Positions 41,726 through 51,928 of a stretch of DNA of 64,000 nt are shown here, piece after piece. Both the position numbers and the translations under genes were made by a program. Source of the DNA: Anaerohalosphaeraceae bacterium (lineage in GTDB: Bacteria > Planctomycetota > Phycisphaerae > Sedimentisphaerales > Anaerohalosphaeraceae). Where the stretch lies: positions 51,396 to 115,395 of the forward strand of contig CAXXSL010000018.1 of the NCBI GenBank assembly GCA_963675525.2, written 5' to 3'. The first letter of the stretch is position 1. The number at the start of each line of letters is the position of its first letter. The notes under the pieces are model-generated. The model saw only the letters and a program-made list of their open reading frames with translations. It was not told where the DNA came from and made no database searches.

Positions 41726-43291
41726 GTGCATACGGAAGCCGAAAAAAAAATTAACTCACCGGAGATCGTCCTTGAGGCGAGGAATATTGTGAAAACATTC
41801 CCCGGGGTACACGCCCTGGACAAGGTGAATTTTTGTGTTTATCGCGGCCGGCTAAATGCCCTGGTCGGGGAAAACGGCGCCGGCAAGTCCACCCTGATGA
41901 AAATTCTTGCAGGTATTTACCATCCCGATTCGGGTGATATTCTGTTGGAGGGTGAATTGACAACCTTCAACAACCCCCGCCAGGCTCAGGCCCGGGGAAT
42001 CGCCATTATCCATCAGGAGTTGAATCTGATCCCCTATCTGAGCGTGGCTGAAAACATCTTTCTCGGACGCGAGTTTCGCACTCGGCTTGGACTGATTGAC
42101 TACAAGAAAATGCACCGGGAAACGAGTCATATTTTGAACAAGCTCGATCTTCCTATTGATCCGCAATGCCTTGCGTCGTCTCTGGGTGTTGGCCAGCAGC
42201 AGATTGTCGAGATCGCCAGAGCATTATCCACCGACGCCAAAATCATTATCATGGACGAACCAACGTCGGCGATCAGCGAACATGAAATCGATGTTTTCTT
42301 TGGACTCATCAAGAATTTGAAGCGACGGGGAGTGACGATTGTTTATATCTCACACAAGCTTGATGAATTGTTCAGGATCGGAGATCATGTTACGGTCATG
42401 CGCGACGGACAAGTCATTGGCGGGGATTCGCTGGCCAATCTGAATCAGGATGATATCATCCGAATGATGATCGGACGCGATTTAAAAGATCTCTATCAGC
42501 GAAACTCATCCGTGACTGCAGTCGAAGCGATTCGAGTAGAGCAGCTTTGCCTGAAAAGATCGGGTCAACAGAATGATTATCTTGTTAAGGATGTAAGTTT
42601 CCATGTCAAACGCGGCGAGGTTCTTGGGATTTTTGGGCTAATGGGAGCCGGGCGGACTGAACTGCTCGAGACAATCTTCGGTCGGCACCCGAAATTGGCA
42701 AGTAGAAACATCTTTCTTGAAGGAGAAAAAATATCGCTTCAATCGCCGAGTGACGCAATTAAAGCGGGAATTGTTCTGGCGCCGGAGGACCGTAAAGAAC
42801 AGGGACTTGTCCTGGGAATGAATGTCGCCGAGAACATTTCTTTGGCCAATCTGGATAAAATTCTATGTTTTGGATTTCTGCGGAAAACGGCTGAAAGAAA
42901 GATGGCCGACACCTATGTGGAGCGATTGAGAATAAAGACACCCTCGATAGAACAGAAAGTCAAAAACCTCAGCGGAGGCAATCAGCAAAAAGTGATTTTG
43001 GGTAAATGGTTAGCGACGGAACCAACCGTTTTGCTGCTGGATGAACCAACCCGCGGAATTGACATCAACGCCAAGAAAGAAATTTACCGATTAATTGATG
43101 AACTAACGCAACAGGGATTGGCTGTGGTTATCGTATCGTCGGAATTACCTGAAATCCTTGGGGTCTCTGATCGTATTATGGTGATGTCCAAAGGGTGTAA
43201 GACGGCCGAATTTTCGCGTGCCGAAGCGACAGAAGAAGTAATACTAAAAGCAGCTTTACCAAAGTCTGCATCAGCCGGAAAGCAATTATGA
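41726..43291 (+). CDS. Sugar ABC transporter ATP-binding protein (RbsA/MglA-like)
   Basis: GENGAGKST, MDEPT, LSGGNQQKV, LDEPTRGID. Confidence 0.95.
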   Translation: MHTEAEKKINSPEIVLEARNIVKTFPGVHALDKVNFCVYRGRLNALVGENGAGKSTLMKILAGIYHPDSGDILLEGELTTFNNPRQAQARGIAIIHQELNLIPYLSVAENIFLGREFRTRLGLIDYKKMHRETSHILNKLDLPIDPQCLASSLGVGQQQIVEIARALSTDAKIIIMDEPTSAISEHEIDVFFGLIKNLKRRGVTIVYISHKLDELFRIGDHVTVMRDGQVIGGDSLANLNQDDIIRMMIGRDLKDLYQRNSSVTAVEAIRVEQLCLKRSGQQNDYLVKDVSFHVKRGEVLGIFGLMGAGRTELLETIFGRHPKLASRNIFLEGEKISLQSPSDAIKAGIVLAPEDRKEQGLVLGMNVAENISLANLDKILCFGFLRKTAERKMADTYVERLRIKTPSIEQKVKNLSGGNQQKVILGKWLATEPTVLLLDEPTRGIDINAKKEIYRLIDELTQQGLAVVIVSSELPEILGVSDRIMVMSKGCKTAEFSRAEATEEVILKAALPKSASAGKQL

Positions 43292-44268
43292 GCAAAAAAA
43301 TAACTATTAAAAGTCTGCTTTCACGTTTTCAACTGCTTATCGTATTGATGATCATGGTTGTAACGCTTAGCCAGCTCAGCGATACATTTTTCACGACGAC
43401 CAATATCGAGAATATTTTCCAGCAGATTTCCATTAATCTCTGCCTGTCGATCGGGATGACATTAGTGATTCTGGCGGGTGGAATTGACCTCTCCGTGGGT
43501 TCCGTGCTGGCCTTATCCGGAATGGTAATGGCAGGATTTATTAAAAACGGCATCGCTATCCCCGGCACCAATCTGCTGGTGCAGTTCACTTTTTGCGGCG
43601 CTTTGATCGCGGGATTGCTCACTGGACTTTCATTGGGATCATTCAACGGCCTAGTGATTACCCGGTTCAAGATTCCTCCATTTGTGGCAACATTAGGCAT
43701 GTTGAGTATTGCCCGGGGATTGACCAAACTATGGACCCGAGGTGAGCCGATTACCGACTTGGGACCTGGATTCGAGTTCGTCGGATCGGGATCCTTTCTT
43801 GGCATTGGAATCGTTATCTGGATTCCGATCTTTCTGATTTTGGCATTTATGGTGATCACTCAAAAGAGCTGTTTCGGCAGACATCTATACGCCGTTGGGG
43901 GAAATGAACAGGCGGCGGCCCTTTCCGGATTACACGTCAATCGGATTAAATTGTGGGCTTATGCATTGTGCGGCTTATTGTCGGCCGTGGCGGCGTTGAT
44001 TCTGACGGCAAGATTGAATTCTGCGACCGTGGTCGCCGGTGAAACGTATGAGTTGGAAGCCATTGCTGCGGTGGTCATCGGGGGGACTTCGCTTTCGGGC
44101 GGACGCGGAACTATCCTGGGTACGGTTTTGGGATGTCTAATTATTGGAATACTGGCCAATGGACTGGTCCTGATGGGAGTACGGGAAGAATTACAATTGG
44201 TCGTCAAGGGCGGCGTGATACTGCTGGCCGTCGCTTTTGATAAAATACACAGCAGGTATTCGATATAA
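43288..44268 (+). CDS. Sugar ABC transporter permease (RbsC-like)
   Basis: GGIDLSVGS, PPFVATLG, ELEAIAAVVIGGTSLSGGRG. Confidence 0.95.
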   Translation: MSKKITIKSLLSRFQLLIVLMIMVVTLSQLSDTFFTTTNIENIFQQISINLCLSIGMTLVILAGGIDLSVGSVLALSGMVMAGFIKNGIAIPGTNLLVQFTFCGALIAGLLTGLSLGSFNGLVITRFKIPPFVATLGMLSIARGLTKLWTRGEPITDLGPGFEFVGSGSFLGIGIVIWIPIFLILAFMVITQKSCFGRHLYAVGGNEQAAALSGLHVNRIKLWAYALCGLLSAVAALILTARLNSATVVAGETYELEAIAAVVIGGTSLSGGRGTILGTVLGCLIIGILANGLVLMGVREELQLVVKGGVILLAVAFDKIHSRYSI

Positions 44269-44303
44269 ACCTGTTTTCCTGGGTTAAATTAAGGGATTCA
44301 TAT

Positions 44304-45728
44304 ATGAAAATGGTGCAAAAGAAAGTAACCTTTGGTCTGGTTGTGGGAACACGTAATATTTTCAATGCACAACTTGCCTCGACAGAGCGAAAAAAACTGA
44401 TTGCCCTGCTGGACCGATTGGGATTTGGATATGTCATACCTGACAAACAGGCGACGCCCGCCGGAGCAATTGAAACCCGTGCCGATGCCAAGGTATGTGC
44501 TGAGTTATTTAAGACCCATAGCGATTCAATTGACGGCATACTCATTATTTTGCCGAATTTCGGCGATGAATTGGGCATTGTTCAGACTTTGGAAATGGCA
44601 AGGCTCGATGTACCGGTTCTCGTTCAGGCCTGCAATGATGATATCGACAAGGTTAACGTAAAGAGCCGGCGAGATGCTTTCTGCGGCAAGATTTCTGTTT
44701 GTAACAACCTGTATCAATACAAGATACCGTTTACCGACACCACCGAACACACCTGTGATATTGATAGCGATGTCTTTGCTGAAGACGTGAAAAATTTCGC
44801 GGCCGTATGTCGTGTGGTCAAGGGGCTCAAAAATGCCCGCATCGGTGCATTCGGAACCCGACCCGCCGCTTTTCAGACAGTCCGATACAGCGAAAAAATT
44901 CTCCAGGCTTCCGGAATTACAGTCGTCCCCATCGATCTTTCCGAAATCATCGCCAGGGCACAACAAATGGATGCGGCGGCCGCAGCGGTCAAAGAAAAGC
45001 TCACAGCAATCAGAGATTACGGCAAAATTCCGGCGGACATTAATGCTGAATGTGTCTTGAAGCAGGCTAAATTATCCGTTGTCTTTGATGAACTGATGGA
45101 CGAAAACGAACTGGATGCCAGCGCGATCCAATGCTGGGAGTCTATCGAAAACAACTACGGCTGCGCAACATGCCTGTCGATGTCGATGATGGGCGAACGA
45201 TACATGCCCAGCGCCTGCGAGACGGATGTAGCCGGCGTTGTTTCGATGTATGCCCTCCTGCTGGCAAGCGGTAATATCCCGGCTCTGTTGGACTGGAACA
45301 ATAATTATGGAAATGAGCGTGACAAATGTGTCTGTACGCACTGCAGCAATTACCCCAAGAGTTTCATGGGGAATGAAATCGAGATTTCGAAATTGGATGT
45401 TTTGGGAACGGTCATCGATCGCGATAAATGTTTTGGCGCCATCAAGGGCAATGTGGCACCCGGACCGATGTCCTTTTTCCGGATTTCAACCGATGACACA
45501 AAAGGGCAAATCACATCATACCTTGGAGAGGGTCAGTTTACAGAGGATCCTTTCGGGATGGACGGAGGCATCGCTATATGCAAAGTCGAGCGGCTCAGAG
45601 CACTGCTGGCCTATCTGTGCCAGAATGGCTTCGAACATCATGTGGCAATGACACGAACGCACTGTGCTGAAGTGATAAATGAAGCCCTGACAAAGTATCT
45701 CGGCTGGAATCTGTATCATCACAAATAA
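44304..45728 (+). CDS. L-fucose/L-arabinose isomerase-family protein (candidate D-apiose isomerase)
   Basis: NFGDE, RRDAFCGK, AIQCW, ACETD, LLDWNN, HCSN, GFEHH. Confidence 0.8.
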   Translation: MKMVQKKVTFGLVVGTRNIFNAQLASTERKKLIALLDRLGFGYVIPDKQATPAGAIETRADAKVCAELFKTHSDSIDGILIILPNFGDELGIVQTLEMARLDVPVLVQACNDDIDKVNVKSRRDAFCGKISVCNNLYQYKIPFTDTTEHTCDIDSDVFAEDVKNFAAVCRVVKGLKNARIGAFGTRPAAFQTVRYSEKILQASGITVVPIDLSEIIARAQQMDAAAAAVKEKLTAIRDYGKIPADINAECVLKQAKLSVVFDELMDENELDASAIQCWESIENNYGCATCLSMSMMGERYMPSACETDVAGVVSMYALLLASGNIPALLDWNNNYGNERDKCVCTHCSNYPKSFMGNEIEISKLDVLGTVIDRDKCFGAIKGNVAPGPMSFFRISTDDTKGQITSYLGEGQFTEDPFGMDGGIAICKVERLRALLAYLCQNGFEHHVAMTRTHCAEVINEALTKYLGWNLYHHK

Positions 45729-45770
45729 GTAAGACATCGTCAATATTGAACGTCGTTTAAGGACAAAGAA

Positions 45771-47363
45771 ATGCAGGAAAAAAAGAGAAATATACCAAGC
45801 CGGCTCGGTAATTTTTTTGTGGTGATGTTAATTTCCATCATGGGAGTGAGTATGTACGGGAAAAACATTGAAGTTGAGCAATGGGGAATATTTGAAGCCG
45901 CCTTTCAAGGCTCTAATGACGGAAATCCGTTTGTTGAGGTGGAACTGGCCGCGACCTTTACACAGCACGATCACACGATGAAAGTTCTTGGTTTCTATGA
46001 TGGTCAGGGAACCTATCGCGTTCGTTTCAGTCCCCCAACCCCGGGCGAATGGAAGTACGAGACAAAGAGCAACCGTCCCGAACTTTCCGGCAAGACCGGC
46101 TCATTGACGGCGACGGCGCCGACCAAAGGCAATCACGGGCCTGTCCGCGTTGCACACACTTACCACTTTGCCTATGCCGACGGCACGCCGTATTATCAAA
46201 TCGGCACAACGTGTTATGCCTGGGTACATCAGGACGAAAAACTCCAGGAGCAAACTTTAAAGACGCTGTCTGAAGCTCCTTTCAACAAAATCCGGTTTTG
46301 CGTATTTCCAAAACGGTATACGTATAATCAAAACGAACCGTTACTTTATCCGTTCGAAGGGACACCGCCGGCAACGTGGGATTTTACGCGTTTCAATCCC
46401 GAATTCTTCCGGCATTTTGAAAAACGGATCCAGCAGCTATGCGAAATGGGGATAGAAGCCGATGTGATACTCTTTCACCCTTATGACAAAGGCCACTGGG
46501 GATTCGATCGCATGGATGCTGCCAGTGATGACCGCTACCTCCGCTACGTGGTTGCTCGTTTTGCGGCCTACCGGAATGTCTGGTGGTCGATGGCCAATGA
46601 ATACGATTTCATGAAAGAGAAAACACCGGCCGATTGGGACCGTTTTTTCCAGATCGTGCAGACCTGCGATCCTTACGAACGCCTGCGTTCCATTCACAAC
46701 GGCACACTCATCTACAACCACACACAACGGTGGGTGACACACGCCAGCATCCAGAATGGTTCAGCGGTCGAGGATTACGGCCGTGCCGTCCTCTACCGCG
46801 ACGTCTATCGCAAACCAATCGTATTCGATGAAGTCAAGTATGAGGGTAACCTGCCGCAGCGATGGGGAAATCTTTCGGCAGAGGAGATGGTGCTCCGTTT
46901 CTGGGAGGGCACAATAGCCGGTACCTATGTTGGGCATGGCGAAACCTATCTCAATCTCAACGATATTGTCTGGTGGTCCAAAGGCGGAGTGCTGCACGGC
47001 CAGAGTCCCGCACGGCTTGCCTTTTTGCGAAAGATCCTACAGACAGGGTTACCCGAGGGACTGGAACCGATTGACAAATGGCAGGACTGTCCCTTCGCGG
47101 GCAAACGGGGTGAATACTATCTTGGGTATTTCGGCCGCCAGACACGCACGGCCTGGCCGTTCGAACTCTATAAAGCTGAGCTTACCGACGGCATGAAGTT
47201 TACTGTTGAGGTTATCGACACTTGGAATATGATCATCACCCCGGTCGATGGCGTGTTTGAAATCAAGAAACACGACGACTACACCTATGCCGATAAGGAT
47301 GGACGCAGCGTACCATTGCCCGGCAAGCCTTACATTGCACTGCGTATCCGCCGTGTCCCATAA
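45771..47363 (+). CDS. DUF5060-DUF4038-DUF5605 protein, GH140 apiosidase-like
   Basis: GNPF..GFYDG.G.YRVRFSP (DUF5060); [38 protein letters not shown] catalytic-like barrel; IDTWNM tail. Confidence 0.75.
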   Translation: MQEKKRNIPSRLGNFFVVMLISIMGVSMYGKNIEVEQWGIFEAAFQGSNDGNPFVEVELAATFTQHDHTMKVLGFYDGQGTYRVRFSPPTPGEWKYETKSNRPELSGKTGSLTATAPTKGNHGPVRVAHTYHFAYADGTPYYQIGTTCYAWVHQDEKLQEQTLKTLSEAPFNKIRFCVFPKRYTYNQNEPLLYPFEGTPPATWDFTRFNPEFFRHFEKRIQQLCEMGIEADVILFHPYDKGHWGFDRMDAASDDRYLRYVVARFAAYRNVWWSMANEYDFMKEKTPADWDRFFQIVQTCDPYERLRSIHNGTLIYNHTQRWVTHASIQNGSAVEDYGRAVLYRDVYRKPIVFDEVKYEGNLPQRWGNLSAEEMVLRFWEGTIAGTYVGHGETYLNLNDIVWWSKGGVLHGQSPARLAFLRKILQTGLPEGLEPIDKWQDCPFAGKRGEYYLGYFGRQTRTAWPFELYKAELTDGMKFTVEVIDTWNMIITPVDGVFEIKKHDDYTYADKDGRSVPLPGKPYIALRIRRVP

Positions 47364-47428
47364 TGTCAGGAAAAGGCAAGGTGTTATATTGGAATAAATG
47401 AGGTTTTTGTGATAGCCGAGTGAATTAT

Positions 47429-47638
47429 ATGATGAATCCGTTTAATCTGCTACCCGACGAAATCGCCGCGAAAGCCAGGGGAATACGAAATTATCCGTAC
47501 CAATGTCAGCGCCGGTCAGGGGCACACCGGTAGCGACCTGTCCGAAGCGGATATTCTCGCCTGTCTTTTCTTTCACATCCTGAATCTTCGAGCCGACCAG
47601 TTGGACAATCCGAACAGAGACCGATTTATACTCAGTAA
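47429..47638 (+). pseudogene. Frameshifted, truncated transketolase N-terminal subunit remnant
   Basis: Not in ORF track. MMNPFNLLPDEIAAKARGIR, then a +1 frame reading EIIRTNVSAGQGHTGSDLSEADILACLFFHILNL..NPNRDRFILS, which matches transketolase GH.G..LS..RDRFILSKGH. Confidence 0.82.
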
Positions 47639-47776
47639 CTCCCATGCGGCGGCTGTGCAAAGGCAAACAGCACCCATCAGCAATACCAAAAGTATCTGCA
47701 GATGCTCCTGTGGACATAGCATCGATAAAAGTTTGCGTTTGACAAAAAATTGATGATTAAATTTAAATGATACCAA
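47639..47776 (-). pseudogene. Orphan signal-peptide-like N-terminus of a lost gene
   Basis: MVSFKF..KRK..ILLVLLMGAVCLCTAAAWE, after which the ORF runs into antisense transketolase sequence. Confidence 0.45.
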
Positions 47777-47881
47777 ACTTAATCGAAATTTGAGACTCTC
47801 TTAGCCATCCTGCCAGCATCGTCCAAGGTCAAGTTCTCATAACCGGATGCCCCCTTTTTTTTGGAATTTTATCGGAAAGTC

Positions 47882-47910
47882 TTGTTTTTTGGGGGGGGAA
47901 GCAGTATAAT
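47882..47910 (+). promoter_or_regulatory. Sigma70-type promoter with G8 tract in the spacer
   Basis: TTGTTT (47882-87), 17-nt spacer TTTGGGGGGGGAAGCAG, TATAAT (47905-10). Confidence 0.65.
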
Positions 47911-47934
47911 TGTCCGCAATCAGGAGGTGTTACA

Positions 47935-47979
47935 TTGGAGAAGACGACTTTTATGTTACAACAAGGATGTACTGCGTAG
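47935..47979 (+). CDS. Candidate 14-aa leader peptide MEKTTFMLQQGCTA
   Basis: AGGAGGT at 47922-47928, 6 nt before a TTG; TAG at 47977-47979. Confidence 0.3.
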   Translation: MEKTTFMLQQGCTA

Positions 47980-48177
47980 ATTTCACTCTCTAAACCTCCC
48001 TAAACGACCGGAAATATGGGTTTTTTCGTTATTTTTGGACTGGCGGAAATATTTTTTTCGTGCACAAAAGACTATGTGGTCGAAATCGACCTGACCACCC
48101 GCCAGCCATGAGAATGTTAAAAATTAGGGAAAAACGTAATAAAATAATACGAATGACCAAACAATTTTCAGGAGAAA

Positions 48178-50508
48178 ATGATGAAACGAACACTTACATT
48201 TCTGTTTTTCTTGGCCATCTCATCGTTGACGTGGGGTGCCGACTATTGGGTCTCAGTGGAGGTTAATCGGGAAGATATGTTCCCGATTCAGGATGCCGAG
48301 TACCTCAAGACCCTCCTGCGGGCAGAGTACGATTTTCTAAACGAAATGAATGTGCGGAATCTGGAAGGAAATACAAACTGGTATGACTTTGAAATAAGTG
48401 TCGAATCCTGGGATGAACGGATTCTGTCAGCCCAATTTTATAAACCTGGCGACCCGACCCCGATCCCAATGAAAAAAGATGGCTCCTATGAATTTTATTT
48501 TGATTCCGATGACGTGGAACCCATCCAGTTCTATGTCTCACTGAATGAGTTGGCCGTCGATTATCCCGCCGGCACTTACCAAGTCGAAATTGTTTTTCCC
48601 AGCGGCACGGTCGTTCAGGATGTTGTCGTGCCGGACTACAACACTGTGGTTTTCCCCGGCGATATTAATGTTGCGCTAACCGAAGACGCCGCCGGCCAAC
48701 TGATTGTCAACTGGAATACGGTGCCGGATATTAATGAGTATGAAGTATGGGCCGAATCAATTCGGGGCGGCCGGTTTTTCGATGCATATGATGAAGACGT
48801 TAACGCCAATTTCCCGGATGTCATGCAAACCCCCACGGGGTTGTCCAAGTCAAAGGCCGATTATCAACTCGGCATCTGGGCGGTTGGCGATCAGTATTGG
48901 CAGACTAACGCCGGTGTCGAATTTTCCACCGATGTTACGGTATTTTCCTTCAAAAAACCTCCGGCCGTCATCCAGAACGAGATTCAAAAATGTTCTGTTA
49001 GAGCCGGGAGATCTGCTGATCAGGACAGTATTCAATTTTCGGGATTACTGGATGCCATTGAAGCGCATTTCCTGATGGCAATGGGTGGTGATGTTGTTGT
49101 TACAGTAGATGCGGATAATATGCCGGATCCGCTGGAATGGGTGTTCCCGATTGACGAGGTATCCCTTAAGAGGGGTAAGTACAATTATTCCCGCAAAGAA
49201 AATGCTTCACAGAGTTCCTTCAAGTTTGATACGAAAAACGGCAAGATGTTGTTTGCCGCCAAGAATGTAGATCTGACAGGATTGGCCTGTCCGGCAACGG
49301 TTACGGTGACTATCGGCGCCTATTCGGCTGACATTGAGCTGGTCGAGGACATTGTTAATGGCTCCAGGATGCCATGTCCTCCGCAGTTCTTGAGAGGTGT
49401 TCTTGACTGGATGATGGTGGACAAGGTTCAGGTCAGGTTCGGCAAAAAGCCGGGAACGGATTCTTTCAGCATTAATGGTTTTTTTACAATTCTCGGTGTT
49501 TATGATAAATTAAATCCAATGGTGGCAAGTCTGGACGAACAGACCTTTACCGTTTCAGGCAGTCAGTTTGTAAACAGGGGGTATTCGGAAAGCTGCAATA
49601 AAGGAACTTGTGAAGAAGGCCCCCAAATCAAAGCGAAATTTGATTTTGCCAAGTGTACCTTCCAAATTCAGGTTAGTAATGCGGTGATCGATGGCTCCGG
49701 GGAAATGGATTTCGGGATCAACTGTTTCGGCAATGAACTGCCCGAGCAGGATATCGATATTCAGGGAATGCAACGCTATGAGTTGGAGCGGTATCGCTGC
49801 TATAATCAGTTCGGCAGGGACTGGACCTATTCGGCCAATTACAGCCTCCAGGATTCTGAAGGTCTGACGAATAGTTCCGGTACAACCTCCGGAACCGTTT
49901 CTGTGGCAAGCATCCCTGTCACGATTGATGGTCATCCCTGTTTTTCCGTTTCTTCTTCGACACCGGACGCAACGGTTTCTTCGACATGGTACGAAGATTA
50001 TTACGGCATGCATATGTATAGCTGGGGCAATGCCAATGATATGGTCAGTTTCGATACGGAGATGGATGCATTACTGGCCATGCCGACATTATTGTCTGTT
50101 GGCCAAACTCATAAAACCTCGGGCACCTTTACGGGTGAGTATAATCTGGACCTGGGGCCTTATTCCATGGATATCGACATCTATGATTTTAAGGGAAAGG
50201 CTTCAATTATAACGACATTGCTCGGTTTTGAACCGGTAACGGTCCCCTACGGCAGTTACGCCAATGCCGCCAAAGTTCAGGTCCTACAGACACTGGACGG
50301 CTCGATGATGGTTGAAGTGGATTATTATGGCCAGATATTGCGAGCCAGGCTGAGGTTCAAGGCCACCATTGACCAAATATGGTGGGGTGTTGAAGATATG
50401 GGAGTCGTCAAATCATCCTCTGATATGCTGATCAAAATGAGCGGTGGCGGTGAGAATATCTGGGTTTCGATGACAGAGACAGACCAATTGACCGGTTACA
50501 ATCCGTAG
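48178..50508 (+). CDS. Secreted hypothetical beta-rich protein with a domain shared with the nearby subtilase
   Basis: AGGAG RBS, signal peptide; central KCSVRAGR..DSI..NVDLTGLACP domain; C-terminal TVPYGSY..WWGVEDMGVVK motif. Confidence 0.85.
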   Translation: MMKRTLTFLFFLAISSLTWGADYWVSVEVNREDMFPIQDAEYLKTLLRAEYDFLNEMNVRNLEGNTNWYDFEISVESWDERILSAQFYKPGDPTPIPMKKDGSYEFYFDSDDVEPIQFYVSLNELAVDYPAGTYQVEIVFPSGTVVQDVVVPDYNTVVFPGDINVALTEDAAGQLIVNWNTVPDINEYEVWAESIRGGRFFDAYDEDVNANFPDVMQTPTGLSKSKADYQLGIWAVGDQYWQTNAGVEFSTDVTVFSFKKPPAVIQNEIQKCSVRAGRSADQDSIQFSGLLDAIEAHFLMAMGGDVVVTVDADNMPDPLEWVFPIDEVSLKRGKYNYSRKENASQSSFKFDTKNGKMLFAAKNVDLTGLACPATVTVTIGAYSADIELVEDIVNGSRMPCPPQFLRGVLDWMMVDKVQVRFGKKPGTDSFSINGFFTILGVYDKLNPMVASLDEQTFTVSGSQFVNRGYSESCNKGTCEEGPQIKAKFDFAKCTFQIQVSNAVIDGSGEMDFGINCFGNELPEQDIDIQGMQRYELERYRCYNQFGRDWTYSANYSLQDSEGLTNSSGTTSGTVSVASIPVTIDGHPCFSVSSSTPDATVSSTWYEDYYGMHMYSWGNANDMVSFDTEMDALLAMPTLLSVGQTHKTSGTFTGEYNLDLGPYSMDIDIYDFKGKASIITTLLGFEPVTVPYGSYANAAKVQVLQTLDGSMMVEVDYYGQILRARLRFKATIDQIWWGVEDMGVVKSSSDMLIKMSGGGENIWVSMTETDQLTGYNP

Positions 50509-50525
50509 TGGTCATGTGATGTTTT

Positions 50526-50563
50526 AAAAGCGGTGATATGCTCAGGGGTATCACCGCTTTTTT
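50526..50563 (+). terminator. Rho-independent terminator
   Basis: AAAAGCGGTGATA-10nt-TATCACCGCTTTTTT just after the stop at 50508. Confidence 0.8.
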
Positions 50564-50711
50564 GTTTATCATGGAAATTTTTTCCATCTGACGAACCCGT
50601 TGTGTGAGCGGGTCATTCATAAGGAAATTATGGATTGACAATACTTTTGGCAATGAAGATAATAGAAGTCTGTTCGAATTGTCAGGAAATGCCTTTTTTA
50701 GGAATGACGAC

Positions 50712-51851
50712 ATGGTTATAGTGAAAACAAATTTCCGATGGTATGTGTGGGTGATCGTATTGGCAGGATGTGTACTGGCCGGGACCGGCTGTCGCAGCAA
50801 AAAGGAGAAAGATATGATCGCTTCTCTCCGGCAACAGATCACTATTATGCAGACTGAAATCGATACACTGAAAACCGATTTGGAACAGGCGCAGGCCAAA
50901 ACAGCATCCCTCGGCCCCGTGGAACTTTCATCGGATTTTACCGGCCGGATGCTTGATGATCCCAACCAAAATCTCGAACTGGAACAGGATATAAAAGCCA
51001 AAGCGCTGGACGTTATTCTCAAAGACGCTGTAGCTAAAATAAGGCAGAATGAGGGGATATCTGACGAAGCGGATGAACTAATGTTGCTGAAGAAAGAGAA
51101 TGAGCTTCTAAAAAATAAATTACAGCAACTGCGGACAGAATTGGAGAAAGGGGTTACTTCCGCCGTCGGCTTATCTGGCGACAAGTCACAAAATGCCATG
51201 CGGGAAACCGAGACAATTCTGAAGGAATGGGCCCTTCGACGAAGTCCCGTTCAGCAAATAGATTTTATCAATTCACTGGCAGATTTAAGCCTGGAACGCG
51301 ATCCTGGAATATTGCCGATTTTAGAGCAGGCCCTTGAAAGCTCAGATCCTGGAGTTGGCCTCGCAGCCAGTGAATTACTGAAGGAGTATATGTCTTCAGA
51401 TGTCTTGCCTGCTGTTGAAATAGCACTTTTATCGTCAAACGAAGGTGTACGGTTAAATGCTCTGGAACCGCTGAGCCAAATCAATGACCCAGTTGTTTCA
51501 GATATATTGGGCCTGGCTCTAAACGATGATTCAATGAACGTCCGAAATAAGGCGTTGGATACGGTTAAGCTTCAGAAAGGTAACATTCAGTTAAACTCTT
51601 TGACAGTTGCCATGATTTCAGAATACGATGAGGTGAAAACAGAAGCTTTGTCATTGTTGGAGCTTCGAGGTGATCGCAAAGCGGTGCCGGTCATTATTGA
51701 AGGCCTTAAGGACCCCAGTCCAGAGTATCGTGAAGAAGTAAATTCGGTTTTAAGTTTTTTGGTTGACCATGAATTTGATACATATGACCAGGCGGTACAA
51801 TGGTGGCACAATAATGAAGATCGTTTCGATGAGGATCTTTTTGAAAAATAA
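50712..51851 (+). CDS. Lipoprotein with coiled coil and HEAT repeats
   Basis: Start probably ATG 50712; lipobox LAGTGC; heptad-rich segment; ALESSDPGV / VRLNAL / VRNKAL / GLKDPSPEYR repeats; ends QAVQWW. Confidence 0.8.
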   Translation: MVIVKTNFRWYVWVIVLAGCVLAGTGCRSKKEKDMIASLRQQITIMQTEIDTLKTDLEQAQAKTASLGPVELSSDFTGRMLDDPNQNLELEQDIKAKALDVILKDAVAKIRQNEGISDEADELMLLKKENELLKNKLQQLRTELEKGVTSAVGLSGDKSQNAMRETETILKEWALRRSPVQQIDFINSLADLSLERDPGILPILEQALESSDPGVGLAASELLKEYMSSDVLPAVEIALLSSNEGVRLNALEPLSQINDPVVSDILGLALNDDSMNVRNKALDTVKLQKGNIQLNSLTVAMISEYDEVKTEALSLLELRGDRKAVPVIIEGLKDPSPEYREEVNSVLSFLVDHEFDTYDQAVQWWHNNEDRFDEDLFEK

Positions 51852-51928
51852 GGAAGGTGATGGATCGCAAAGCCCGAATAAAATTTTTGCATTTATGCTT
51901 TAATTGGCCTTTCGTTCTGGATTATAAA

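Noticed and set aside
50432..51199. 255-aa minus-strand ORF
   Set aside because: Ser/Phe-rich antisense of the coiled-coil lipoprotein gene.
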